A stretch of 64,000 nucleotides of DNA from an uncultured Actinomycetes bacterium (GTDB taxonomy: Bacteria > Actinomycetota > Actinomycetes > Streptosporangiales > Streptosporangiaceae), in assembly GCA_963847965.1 (NCBI GenBank), contig CAWKCG010000043.1:258191-322190 (forward strand). Direction: 5' to 3'. Each line of letters begins with the position of its first letter. Position 1 is the first letter of the stretch. Shown piece after piece: positions 17,898 to 25,665 of this stretch. The notes beneath the pieces were generated by a model. It was not told the origin of the DNA. It was given only the letters and a program-made list of their open reading frames with translations, and searched no databases. The translations under genes and the position numbers were made by a program.

Positions 17898-19628
17898 ATG
17901 ACCCAGGCCATGACCCGGCGTAACCTGCTCCGCCTCGGCCTTGGCGCAGGCGGTGCCGTCGCCCTGCTGCCCGTGGGCGGCCGGGCGCTCGCCGGTCCCG
18001 CAGCCCGCGCCGCGGGTGCCACGCCTCAGCCTTGGCCCGGCGAAGGCGGCCAGCTCGCCTACTTCGGGCGGATGTTCCCGAAGCTGCAGCCGTTCCGGCC
18101 GGACGCGGACGAGAACGTCACGCTGGCCAACCTGGCCACGCTGGCCGACGCGATGCTCGAGCCGGGCGGCGGGTTCGACACCACCCACGGCGCCGCCTAC
18201 ACCTACCTCGGCCAGTTCATCGACCACGACATAACCCTGGACCTGCAGCCCCAGCCCACGGCCAATTTCAGCTTCTCCGGACCGCGCGCCGACGACCCGC
18301 TGCTCGATCCGGCTGGCGACATCGTCTACGACTATGAGTCCAAGCGGCTGGACCTGTCGCAGATCTACGGTGGCGGCCCGAGCGTCTCCCCGCAGCTGTA
18401 CGAGCCGGACGGCCTGCACTTCCGGGTGCCGCTGAACGTCAACGGCGTGGTGGATCTCCCCCGCAATCCGGACGGGAGCGCAATCGTGGTGGAGAAGCGG
18501 GACGACGAGAACCAGATCATCTCCCAGCTGCACGTCGCCTTCCTGCTATTTCACAACGCGGTCGCCGACGCCCTCGGCAGCAACTTCCTGACCACCCAGC
18601 AGACGGTCATCAGCTACTACCAGCATGTCGTGCTGCATGACTTCATGCCGCTGGTGTTCGGCCAGAACGTGATCAACCAGATGCTGGCCGGGAAGCACCG
18701 CGTCTACGATCCCGGCGCTGTCGTGAGCCGGCCGGTCATGCCGGTCGAGTTCAGCGCCGCTGCCTACCGGTTCGGGCACAGCCTGACCCGCAACGCTTAC
18801 TCCTTGAACCCGGTGATCTCTCCCAACAACAAGAACGCCCGCAACAACCTGTTCTTGGGCGTGGGCGGGGCCACCGGCCCGGTCGGCGGGACGGGCGTGC
18901 CCATGACCCCAGCCGGCGACCTTCACGGCGGCTACCCGCTGACGTTGGACCACCAGATTGACTGGAGAAACTTCCACGAGAACCTGTTCGACTCCTCGGT
19001 GCCCGGCGCTTCCCTGCAGGTCCTCAAGCAGCCCGGCGCCGACGGGCTGCACATGATCTCACAGTCTCTGTTCGGCCAGCCGCCTGGCGTCCCCGCCGTC
19101 GGCACCGGGGCGGGCCTGCCGATCGGCGGGCCGTCCGGCGCCCAGCCGTCCGGGTCCAACTCGATCCAGTACCGGGATTTCGTACGCGGATTCTTCTACC
19201 AGCTCCCATCCGGCCAGGAGGTGGCGGCCGCGTACGGGCTCACCCCGATCGACCCGACGGTGGCGATCCCCGCCTCGATCCCCGGCTTCTCCACGGGCAC
19301 CCCGCTGTTCTTCTACGTCCTGTACGAGGCGTACCTGAACAACCAGGGCTCCGCTGCCACCAACGACTTCGACAACACCGGCACGGCCAGCGACTTTCAG
19401 CAGGCCCAACTCGGCCCGGTGGGTGCGCGGATCTGCGCGGACGTGCTGCTGCGGCTGATCCAACTGGACCCGTACGGCATCCTGCAGCAGCCGTTCACCC
19501 CGATGCCCCCGATCGCGCCAGAAGCCGGCCAGTTCGGCATCGCCGACCTGCTCCGGTTCGCCGGAGTAGTCCCGTCCGGCAGTTCGCCAGCTCCAGCGCT
19601 GAAACAGAATGCCGGGCCGCAACCGTGA
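17898..19628 (+). CDS. Tat-exported haem peroxidase of the peroxidase-cyclooxygenase (animal haem peroxidase) superfamily
   Basis: Distal-His block YLGQFIDHDITL; RDDENQIISQLHVAFLLFHN block; proximal-His block AAYRFGHSL. Twin-arginine leader MTQAMTRRNLLRLGLGAGGAVAL. GGGAGGAAGG lies upstream of ATG 17898. Confidence 0.8.
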   Translation: MTQAMTRRNLLRLGLGAGGAVALLPVGGRALAGPAARAAGATPQPWPGEGGQLAYFGRMFPKLQPFRPDADENVTLANLATLADAMLEPGGGFDTTHGAAYTYLGQFIDHDITLDLQPQPTANFSFSGPRADDPLLDPAGDIVYDYESKRLDLSQIYGGGPSVSPQLYEPDGLHFRVPLNVNGVVDLPRNPDGSAIVVEKRDDENQIISQLHVAFLLFHNAVADALGSNFLTTQQTVISYYQHVVLHDFMPLVFGQNVINQMLAGKHRVYDPGAVVSRPVMPVEFSAAAYRFGHSLTRNAYSLNPVISPNNKNARNNLFLGVGGATGPVGGTGVPMTPAGDLHGGYPLTLDHQIDWRNFHENLFDSSVPGASLQVLKQPGADGLHMISQSLFGQPPGVPAVGTGAGLPIGGPSGAQPSGSNSIQYRDFVRGFFYQLPSGQEVAAAYGLTPIDPTVAIPASIPGFSTGTPLFFYVLYEAYLNNQGSAATNDFDNTGTASDFQQAQLGPVGARICADVLLRLIQLDPYGILQQPFTPMPPIAPEAGQFGIADLLRFAGVVPSGSSPAPALKQNAGPQP

Positions 19629-19661
19629 ACCACTCGCGAACGGCCACGCGTCGTAGTTCAT

Positions 19662-19738
19662 CGGATGCAACCGTCCATATCGGTTGATAGCCGCTTGGCT
19701 CCTGTGCTCTGCTTTCCCAGACAGTCGCGAATCCCGCG
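19662..19738 (+). repeat. upstream repeat R1 (leader/promoter-like), 5' of the sortase region
   Basis: GGATGCAACCGTCCATATCGGTTGATAGCCGCTTGGCTCCTGTGCTCTGCTTTCCCAGACAGTCGCG matches the 3' half of R3 (23424-23489). Confidence 0.7.
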
Positions 19739-19857
19739 GCGACGGGAGCAACATGGGCGAGCAAGGCGGCCGTGGCATGCCGTCCGGGAGTGTCCCTCCC
19801 GGCGGCCAGGCCGGGCCCGCGCCCATCCCGATGACATCGGCATGCGCCGCGGGAAAT

Positions 19858-20087
19858 CCATCGTGGGCCCAGGTCCTGGGCACCACCATCCGCCTGTGGC
19901 TGGCCCGGCGAATGCCGCGCATCAGCATCGAATGGCCAGACATGTCGTCGGGCCAGGCGGCGGTCGGCCACTCGGCGCCTGTGCCCGTCCTGAGAACGCC
20001 GCGTGGATCCATCCTGGGGACAGGTCCTTCTCACGACCATCCGCCTATGGCTGGCCCGCCGAATGCCGCGCATCAGCATCGAATGGC
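19858..20087 (+). repeat. 151-bp-period tandem duplication of the 5' coding end of the sortase gene
   Basis: 19858-19936 and 20009-20087 align at about 88% identity (ccatcgtgggcccaggtcctgggcaccaccatccgcctgtggctggcccggcgaatgccgcgcatcagcatcgaatggc vs ccatcctggggacaggtccttctcacgaccatccgcctatggctggcccgccgaatgccgcgcatcagcatcgaatggc). The offset of 151 is not a multiple of 3. Confidence 0.85.
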
Positions 20088-20785
20088 AGCACCCTGGCCG
20101 CTTCTCCCGCGGTGGCCTTCCGCGGTCCGCCCGGGGTTCGGCTCAGCGGGGTTCGTTCGGGCGGCTGCTGGCCGCTTCGGCGCTCGGCCTCGGGCTGCTG
20201 GCCGTAGGGGCCGGGACGGCCGGGATGGTCGTGGCCAGCAGTTCGGCCGGACCAGCGGTGCGCTTGCCCGCCAGGCCGACGCCGGTCCCTGCTCCATCGG
20301 GCCGGACGGTGGCGCCGGTCTGGCTGACCACCGTGCAGCGGACCGCGCAGCCGGATTTGCTGACCATTCCGGCCATCGGGGTGCGGACCAAGCTGGTGGA
20401 CCTCGGTCTCAACCGCAACGGCACGCTCCAGGTACCAGCCAGCACCGCGGTGGCCGGCTGGTATAGCGGCAGCCCGCCGCCCGGCGCGGTCGGGGCCGCG
20501 GTCATCGCCGGCCACGTCGACTCCCGCGCCGGGCTGGGTGTCTTCTTCTGGCTGCGGACCCTCCGTCCCGGCGACCGCGTGTACGTCGGCCGCTCGGACG
20601 GGACCACGGTCGTCTTCACGGTGACGAGCGTCCAGATGTACGCGAAGGACCAGTTTCCGACGGCCGCGGTGTACGGTGCCGTTCCGGACGCGGAACTGCG
20701 GCTGATCACGTGCGGCGGAACCTTCGACCGATCCCTCGGCAGTTACCTCAGCAACGTCGTGGTATTCGCGCGACTGACCGGCTGA
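20003..20785 (+). CDS. class F sortase
   Basis: N-terminal TM helix (LLAASALGLGLLAVGAG); IAGHVD His block; LRLITCGG (TLxTC-type Cys motif); 260 aa from GTG 20003. No obvious SD precedes this start. Confidence 0.75.
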   Translation: MDPSWGQVLLTTIRLWLARRMPRISIEWQHPGRFSRGGLPRSARGSAQRGSFGRLLAASALGLGLLAVGAGTAGMVVASSSAGPAVRLPARPTPVPAPSGRTVAPVWLTTVQRTAQPDLLTIPAIGVRTKLVDLGLNRNGTLQVPASTAVAGWYSGSPPPGAVGAAVIAGHVDSRAGLGVFFWLRTLRPGDRVYVGRSDGTTVVFTVTSVQMYAKDQFPTAAVYGAVPDAELRLITCGGTFDRSLGSYLSNVVVFARLTG

Positions 20786-20835
20786 TGCCGTCCTACGCGA
20801 GCCGATCGGCAGGGCCTCCGGCTCGCCGGTAAACC

Positions 20836-20902
20836 GTGCGCCCATGTACCGATAAGCGACCAGACCACTGCGCACCGCAGTATCTCGGATGCAATCTTCC
20901 AT
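20836..20902 (+). repeat. upstream repeat R2 (copy of the 5' half of R3) stranded between convergent genes
   Basis: GTGCGCCCATGTACCGATAAGCGACCAGACCACTGCGCACCGCAGTATCTCGGATGCAATCTTCCATA is near-identical to 23372-23438. Confidence 0.75.
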
Positions 20903-20997
20903 AAAAGCGCGGGTCGCAGCCGAGCCACGCGAACTCCACCCCTCCAGACTATCGACCGGGCGACGCAACCATCGCCGAACTGGCCGTCATGGTCTGC

Positions 20998-21888
20998 TCA
21001 CTGGCCGGCTGCGCTGGCCGTCCGGCGTGACCGGCGCAGGCTGGCGAACCCGGCCATGGTCAGCAGCGCGCCGACGGTGATGGTCAGCAGCCACGGCGCG
21101 GGATTCCCGGGCAGGCGGGGCGCGGTCCCGCCGAAGCCGGTGTTGGCTCCGCCCTGCGGCATGATCTGGCTGCCCACCGCGTCGGTGAGGGTATCTACCT
21201 TCAGCCCCGACGAGTCGTCAAGCACCACGATGGTGTGAATCGTGTTAGCGGCGAGGTCGACCGACATGGCGGCGTGCTCACCCGGCGCCGTGAACTGCAC
21301 GGTCCGGGTGCCTGGTGAGACGGCCACGTACGAGGTGGCCGAGCCGAAGGGAAGTTGCTGCGCCAGGACGTCCGGTCCGTAGCTGACCGTCACCCGAGGC
21401 TCCTTGAGCGAGGCCTGGAACACCCGGACAAGCACCTGTCCGGCCGGTGCGGTCATCTGGTCTTCGAGCACCTCCACCCGCAGGCCTGGATCGGGGCCGA
21501 GCGCAGCCACGGTGTAGGCCTTCCCCGCGCTCACCGTGAAACTCGTGCTCAGCGCGGGAGCGCTTGACGCCGGCGCGCCGAAGCCCCGCATCGCCACCGT
21601 GTACTGGCCGGGGCTGACCGCCATGTAGGCGGAGACGTCGCCGTAGCTGACGTCTCTCAGTACGGTCGCGTGGCCGGGGTTGCTGAATGTATACAGGTAC
21701 ATGTCCATCGCCGGCGCCTTAGGGGACAGATGGGCAATCCTGACCCAGCCATCCTGCGAGGCCGCGGGTGCGGCGGAAGCCGTGGAAGCGGCGTATGCCG
21801 CGGGTGATGTGGCCGCGACCAGGGCAGCGGTGCCCGCCAGCAGCGTCGCGATCGTAGCCAGCCGGGCACCAAGCCAGAGCAGCCTCAT
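20998..21888 (-). CDS. DUF4397-domain surface protein with signal peptide and C-terminal sorting-signal-like tail
   Basis: Signal peptide MRLLWLGARLATIATLLAGTAALVAATSPAAYA. Repeated GWVR..HLSP / Y.V..G.YTV blocks. C-terminus GGANTGFGGTAPR, then a hydrophobic helix, then RRSRR. Confidence 0.8.
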   Translation of the reverse strand: MRLLWLGARLATIATLLAGTAALVAATSPAAYAASTASAAPAASQDGWVRIAHLSPKAPAMDMYLYTFSNPGHATVLRDVSYGDVSAYMAVSPGQYTVAMRGFGAPASSAPALSTSFTVSAGKAYTVAALGPDPGLRVEVLEDQMTAPAGQVLVRVFQASLKEPRVTVSYGPDVLAQQLPFGSATSYVAVSPGTRTVQFTAPGEHAAMSVDLAANTIHTIVVLDDSSGLKVDTLTDAVGSQIMPQGGANTGFGGTAPRLPGNPAPWLLTITVGALLTMAGFASLRRSRRTASAAGQ

Positions 21889-21901
21889 GGTTCCTTACCT
21901 C

Positions 21902-23227
21902 TCAGTCGATTAGTGTCTTGCGGGCACGTATTGGGCCGGCGATCGGGAAGGTGCGCGCCGGGACGCGCTGTTGGTCAACGGCCAGGACCGCCGTCAGCAG
22001 CCCCAGCGGGCTCGGTGCCGCGAACTCGATGGTCAGCGCGGCCTGGTCGGCCGCCGGGTGGATGATCACGGCGCGAGCGGGCTGGTACGGAGGGTCCTGC
22101 GCGTTCACCAAGGCGAGGGCTGCCGCAAGCTCGGCCGTTCCGTCAGCGCTGCCGCCGCTCGTCACGGTCACTTCCCGGTACAGCACCTGAACGCCGGGAG
22201 AGGCGTCGCCGAACGCCGTCACCCGGAAGGAGTACTGGGACGCCAGGGCAGCGAGCGTCGCCAGCAGCCGGGAATCCACCGCACCCGCCCGCAGCTGCGC
22301 GGCATCCTGCCTGGTGAACTGGATACGCCAGTTTCGGAGCAGCTGAGCGCCCGCGCTCTCGCGGGCGGCTAGATCGGCCCGCAGCGCGGATCTGTAGGCG
22401 GCCGCTCCGCCGGGCTCGGTCGCGCGGACGTCCACCCGGGTCCCGCCCGAACCGAAGCTCGCGATAACCGCAGGCGCGTACTCATCGGCGAGCTGGCTGC
22501 TCATCGGCGATGAGGTTACGACCACGCTGGCGCCGAGCGGATTGTCCGACCCGGGCCGCATCGGCAGCACGCGACTCCCGATGACGCCCTGCGCCTGCAG
22601 CGCGGCGCACATGGCAGGGTCACACGCGATGATCGCCCCGCTGCTCACCTGGCTGACGATCCAGGCAACGGCCTGTTCCGCGGCCGCCGCAGCTAGGGAA
22701 GATGTACCGGGAGTGCCCGCCCGGTCGCCGTTGCCTACGGAGGAATTGCCCGCGGAGGGCATTCGCCCGGCCGATGGCGCGGTCCGGCTAAGCTCGGCGA
22801 ACCCGAGGGCGGCCGCCGCGATGACCGCCAGAGCCAGGACGAGGACGGCCAGCTGCCAGCGCCGGGCGGCCACGTGACCCAGATGGCCAAGACGCCAACG
22901 GAACCAGCTCCGGTGTTCCGGTCCGGGTCCGCGTTCCCGTCCGGAACCGAGGGGCCTCACCCGCCTCAACACCCAGAGCTTGATGGTGGTGGCCAGGATC
23001 CGGCTCCACGACGGCTGCGTCGGGGCACCCGGGGCAGGAGCCGCCGCATGTACCGAAGGCACCCCCAGGGCTAGCGCGGGTTCCGCCGTGTCACTGGACG
23101 GCGATCTTGTTCCCGCAGCGTGTCCCCGCGAGCCCGGAGGAGGCGACGTCGCGCGCTCCGGCACGGTCGGCGTCCCGGAGCTAAGGACTCTTCCTGGCAG
23201 GACCGAGTGGCGGTCGTCATCGCCCAC
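21902..23227 (-). CDS. uncharacterised single-pass membrane protein (paralogue of 23508..24602)
   Basis: About 55% identity by eye to the 23508 product (IIACDPAMCAALQA, FGDASPG, IEFAAPSPLGLL). N-terminal PSWSRILATTIKLWVLRR motif followed by a TM helix. The track ORF up to 24079 is a shadow extension. GTG 23227 is preferred (GGAGAGG 8 nt upstream); GTG 23062 is an alternative. Confidence 0.6.
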   Translation of the reverse strand: MGDDDRHSVLPGRVLSSGTPTVPERATSPPPGSRGHAAGTRSPSSDTAEPALALGVPSVHAAAPAPGAPTQPSWSRILATTIKLWVLRRVRPLGSGRERGPGPEHRSWFRWRLGHLGHVAARRWQLAVLVLALAVIAAAALGFAELSRTAPSAGRMPSAGNSSVGNGDRAGTPGTSSLAAAAAEQAVAWIVSQVSSGAIIACDPAMCAALQAQGVIGSRVLPMRPGSDNPLGASVVVTSSPMSSQLADEYAPAVIASFGSGGTRVDVRATEPGGAAAYRSALRADLAARESAGAQLLRNWRIQFTRQDAAQLRAGAVDSRLLATLAALASQYSFRVTAFGDASPGVQVLYREVTVTSGGSADGTAELAAALALVNAQDPPYQPARAVIIHPAADQAALTIEFAAPSPLGLLTAVLAVDQQRVPARTFPIAGPIRARKTLID

Positions 23228-23371
23228 ATCCGCCACCTCTCCGCCACCCCCGCGGCCCTGCAGGTCATGTGCGACAGGACAGCACAAGAGCACGCCGACG
23301 GCAACCAATATCACCGATTGGTTATAAAGGCGTGCGACTCGACCAGATCTTCGTGTGCCTGCCGGTGGACG

Positions 23372-23489
23372 GTGCGCCCATGTACCGATAAGCGACCAGA
23401 CCACTGCGCACCGCAGTATCTGGGATGCAATCTTCCATATCGGTTGATATGGGCTAAGCTCCTGTGCTCTTCTGTCCCAGACGGTCACG
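23372..23489 (+). repeat. upstream repeat R3 (full-length copy; R2 half plus R1 half)
   Basis: Contains small hairpins ACTGCG-cac-CGCAGT and CCATATC-ggtt-GATATGG. It ends 19 nt before GTG 23508. A weaker inverted copy (R4) lies at 23269-23319, facing the 21902 gene. Confidence 0.7.
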
Positions 23490-23507
23490 CTTGGTCGAGG
23501 GGCAGGG

Positions 23508-24602
23508 GTGAGATCAACCAGAGTCGCAGAACCCGCGCCGGCCACTGTCGAGCAAGGAATGCGCGCTCTCGCGGAGCCATCGTGGGGCCGGGTCATGGCG
23601 ACGACGGTCAGTCTCTGGCTGTCGCGGCGGTGGCCGCGTGTCGGCCTCGGACGGCCGCGTGGCGTCAGCCGGCCCTCCCGGCACCTTTCCCGCCGAACCG
23701 CCCGTGGCCTGCGACTTGCCGTCCTTCTCTTGGCCCTGATCGCCGTCGCCGTGACCGCCCTCCGGCTCACCGGCACCTCGGCCTCGGCCGCCCGGTCATC
23801 CTCGGCGGGCCGTCCCCATCCGGCCCGCGGCCGCCAGGCCGCGTCCGTCGGTGCCGCCGCGACGGTCCGGGCCCAGGCCGCTGCCTGGATTGCGGGCCAG
23901 GTAGGCAGCGACGAGATCATCGCGTGCGATCCCGCCATGTGCGCCGCGCTGCAGGCGCGAGGCGTGGCCGCGGGCCGCCTGCTCCCGGTGGGGCCGACCA
24001 CGACGAGCTTGTCGAACGCTGACGTTATCGCGGCTTCCCCGGCGATCCGCAGCCAGTTCGGACGCCAGCTCAGCGGCAACTACGCGCCGATGCTGCTCGC
24101 GAGCTTCGGGTCCGGCGCCAGCCTGATCGACGTTCGCGCCGCCTTCCCGGGCGGGGTAGCGGCCTACAACTCAGCACTGCGGGCCGACTACGCCTCGCGT
24201 AAGAGCGCCGGCACGCAGCTGCTCCGCAGCCGACGCGTCATGGTGAGCCCTCAGGCCGCCGGGCAGCTCGAGGCCGGTGCCGTAGACACTCGCCTGCTGG
24301 TCATGCTCGCGGCGCTGGCGTCGCTGCAACCGCTGCAGGTGGTCGCCTTCGGCGACGCTTCCCCCGGCGCGGAGGTACCTGCCGCGGACCTGCCGCTCAG
24401 GGAGGTCACCCTCACCAGCGCGGACGGCCGGGGTGGAGCGGCTGGCCTGGCGCCCGTTCTGGCCATGGTGCGCGCGCAGCGCGCGCCATACCAGCCCGCT
24501 TTCGCCTCGATCGTCGACTCGGCGGCCGGACAGGCCGAACTGCTCATCGAGTTCGCCGCGCCGAGCCCTCTCGGGCTACTCACAGGTGGGAACCAACCAT
24601 GA
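23508..24602 (+). CDS. uncharacterised single-pass membrane protein (paralogue of 21902..23227)
   Basis: GAGGGG SD 5 nt before the GTG. N-terminal EPSWGRVMATTVSLWLSRR motif; TM helix LRLAVLLLALIAVAVTAL; extracytoplasmic domain with a CDPAMC pair. ATGA overlap with the downstream DUF4397 gene. Confidence 0.65.
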   Translation: MRSTRVAEPAPATVEQGMRALAEPSWGRVMATTVSLWLSRRWPRVGLGRPRGVSRPSRHLSRRTARGLRLAVLLLALIAVAVTALRLTGTSASAARSSSAGRPHPARGRQAASVGAAATVRAQAAAWIAGQVGSDEIIACDPAMCAALQARGVAAGRLLPVGPTTTSLSNADVIAASPAIRSQFGRQLSGNYAPMLLASFGSGASLIDVRAAFPGGVAAYNSALRADYASRKSAGTQLLRSRRVMVSPQAAGQLEAGAVDTRLLVMLAALASLQPLQVVAFGDASPGAEVPAADLPLREVTLTSADGRGGAAGLAPVLAMVRAQRAPYQPAFASIVDSAAGQAELLIEFAAPSPLGLLTGGNQP

Positions 24603-25504
24603 GGCTACGCAGGTGTTTCGCCCGGCTCGCCGCGATAACTACGCTGCTCGGCAGCGCCATTGCCTGCCTCGCGGCCTCACCGCCTGCGGCATCCGCCGCC
24701 GCGACGGGTGCGGCTGGCGCGGCTGGCGCCGCGGGCACAGCCGCGACGAATGACGGGTGGGTGCGGTGCGCCAACCTGTCCCCAGGCACGCCGGCCGTTG
24801 ACATCTACCTCTACGCGTTCGGCAACCCCGGGCATCCGACCATCCTGAGGCACGCTGACTACGGCAACGTGTCCAGCTACATGGCGGTGAGCGCAGGCGA
24901 GTACACGGTCGCGATGCGCCCCGTCGGCGCGACGGCGTCAAGCCCGCCCGTAGTTTCGACCAACTTCATGGTGAGCGCCGGGTCGGCCTACACCGTGGCC
25001 AGCATCGGATCGTCCGCGGCGCGCCGGGCACTGGTCCTGACCGACCAGATGGCCGCGCCGAAAGGCCAAGCGCTGGTCCGGGTTATCCAGGCGTCGGTAA
25101 AGCAGCCGCAGGTCACCGTCGACGATGGGCAGGACGTCCTCGCCCAGCAGTTGACCTTCGGCTCGGCGACCTCGTACATGGCCGTGCAGCCCGGCACGCA
25201 GACCGTGCAGTTCATCGCGTCGGGTGAGAAGACCTCCATGTCCGTCACCCTGACCGGCGGCTCGGTCCACACGATTGTCGTCCTGGACGGCTCCTCGGGG
25301 CTGAAGGTCGACATCCTGACCGACGCGGCAGGCAGCCAGGTCGCGCCGACCGGGGGCGCCGCCACGGGCCTGGGCGGGACAGCGCCGCGCGACACCGACC
25401 TGATCCCGTGGGCGGGCACGCTGGCGGCCGGGTTGCTGCTTGTTACCGCCGGTGTCATCGGGCTGCGCAGGTCTCGCCGAACCGCAGCCGTAGGGCACGA
25501 GTAA
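24599..25504 (+). CDS. DUF4397-domain surface protein with signal peptide and C-terminal sorting-signal-like tail
   Basis: About 60% identity by eye to the 20998 product. C-terminus GGAATGLGGTAPR, then a hydrophobic helix, then RRSRR. Confidence 0.8.
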   Translation: MRLRRCFARLAAITTLLGSAIACLAASPPAASAAATGAAGAAGAAGTAATNDGWVRCANLSPGTPAVDIYLYAFGNPGHPTILRHADYGNVSSYMAVSAGEYTVAMRPVGATASSPPVVSTNFMVSAGSAYTVASIGSSAARRALVLTDQMAAPKGQALVRVIQASVKQPQVTVDDGQDVLAQQLTFGSATSYMAVQPGTQTVQFIASGEKTSMSVTLTGGSVHTIVVLDGSSGLKVDILTDAAGSQVAPTGGAATGLGGTAPRDTDLIPWAGTLAAGLLLVTAGVIGLRRSRRTAAVGHE

Positions 25505-25665
25505 GGGGAAAGTCCCGGGCTGGCCACTTCTCCCCTGAGCCCTGCGACGCCAGGCCAAGCAATCGTTTGCGCTGCAACCGGCCTGCAACTTTCCGGCGAA
25601 CCGTGCCGCTACCCCCGCCAACGATTGTGAAAGGAGAAGCAGTACCACCCGGAAGGGACCCGACC

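Noticed and set aside
19684-20466. 260-aa ORF overlapping the sortase gene
   Set aside because: Only its first about 60 codons (to the first PSW...ISIEW copy) look genuine. The rest is the sortase gene read out of frame because of the 151-bp duplication. It is discussed as a finding, not called as a gene.
23228-24079. N-terminal 280-residue extension of track ORF 21902..24079
   Set aside because: It overlaps the plus-strand paralogue and the R3 repeat and has no similarity to the paralogue. Homology starts at the PSW motif near 23014.
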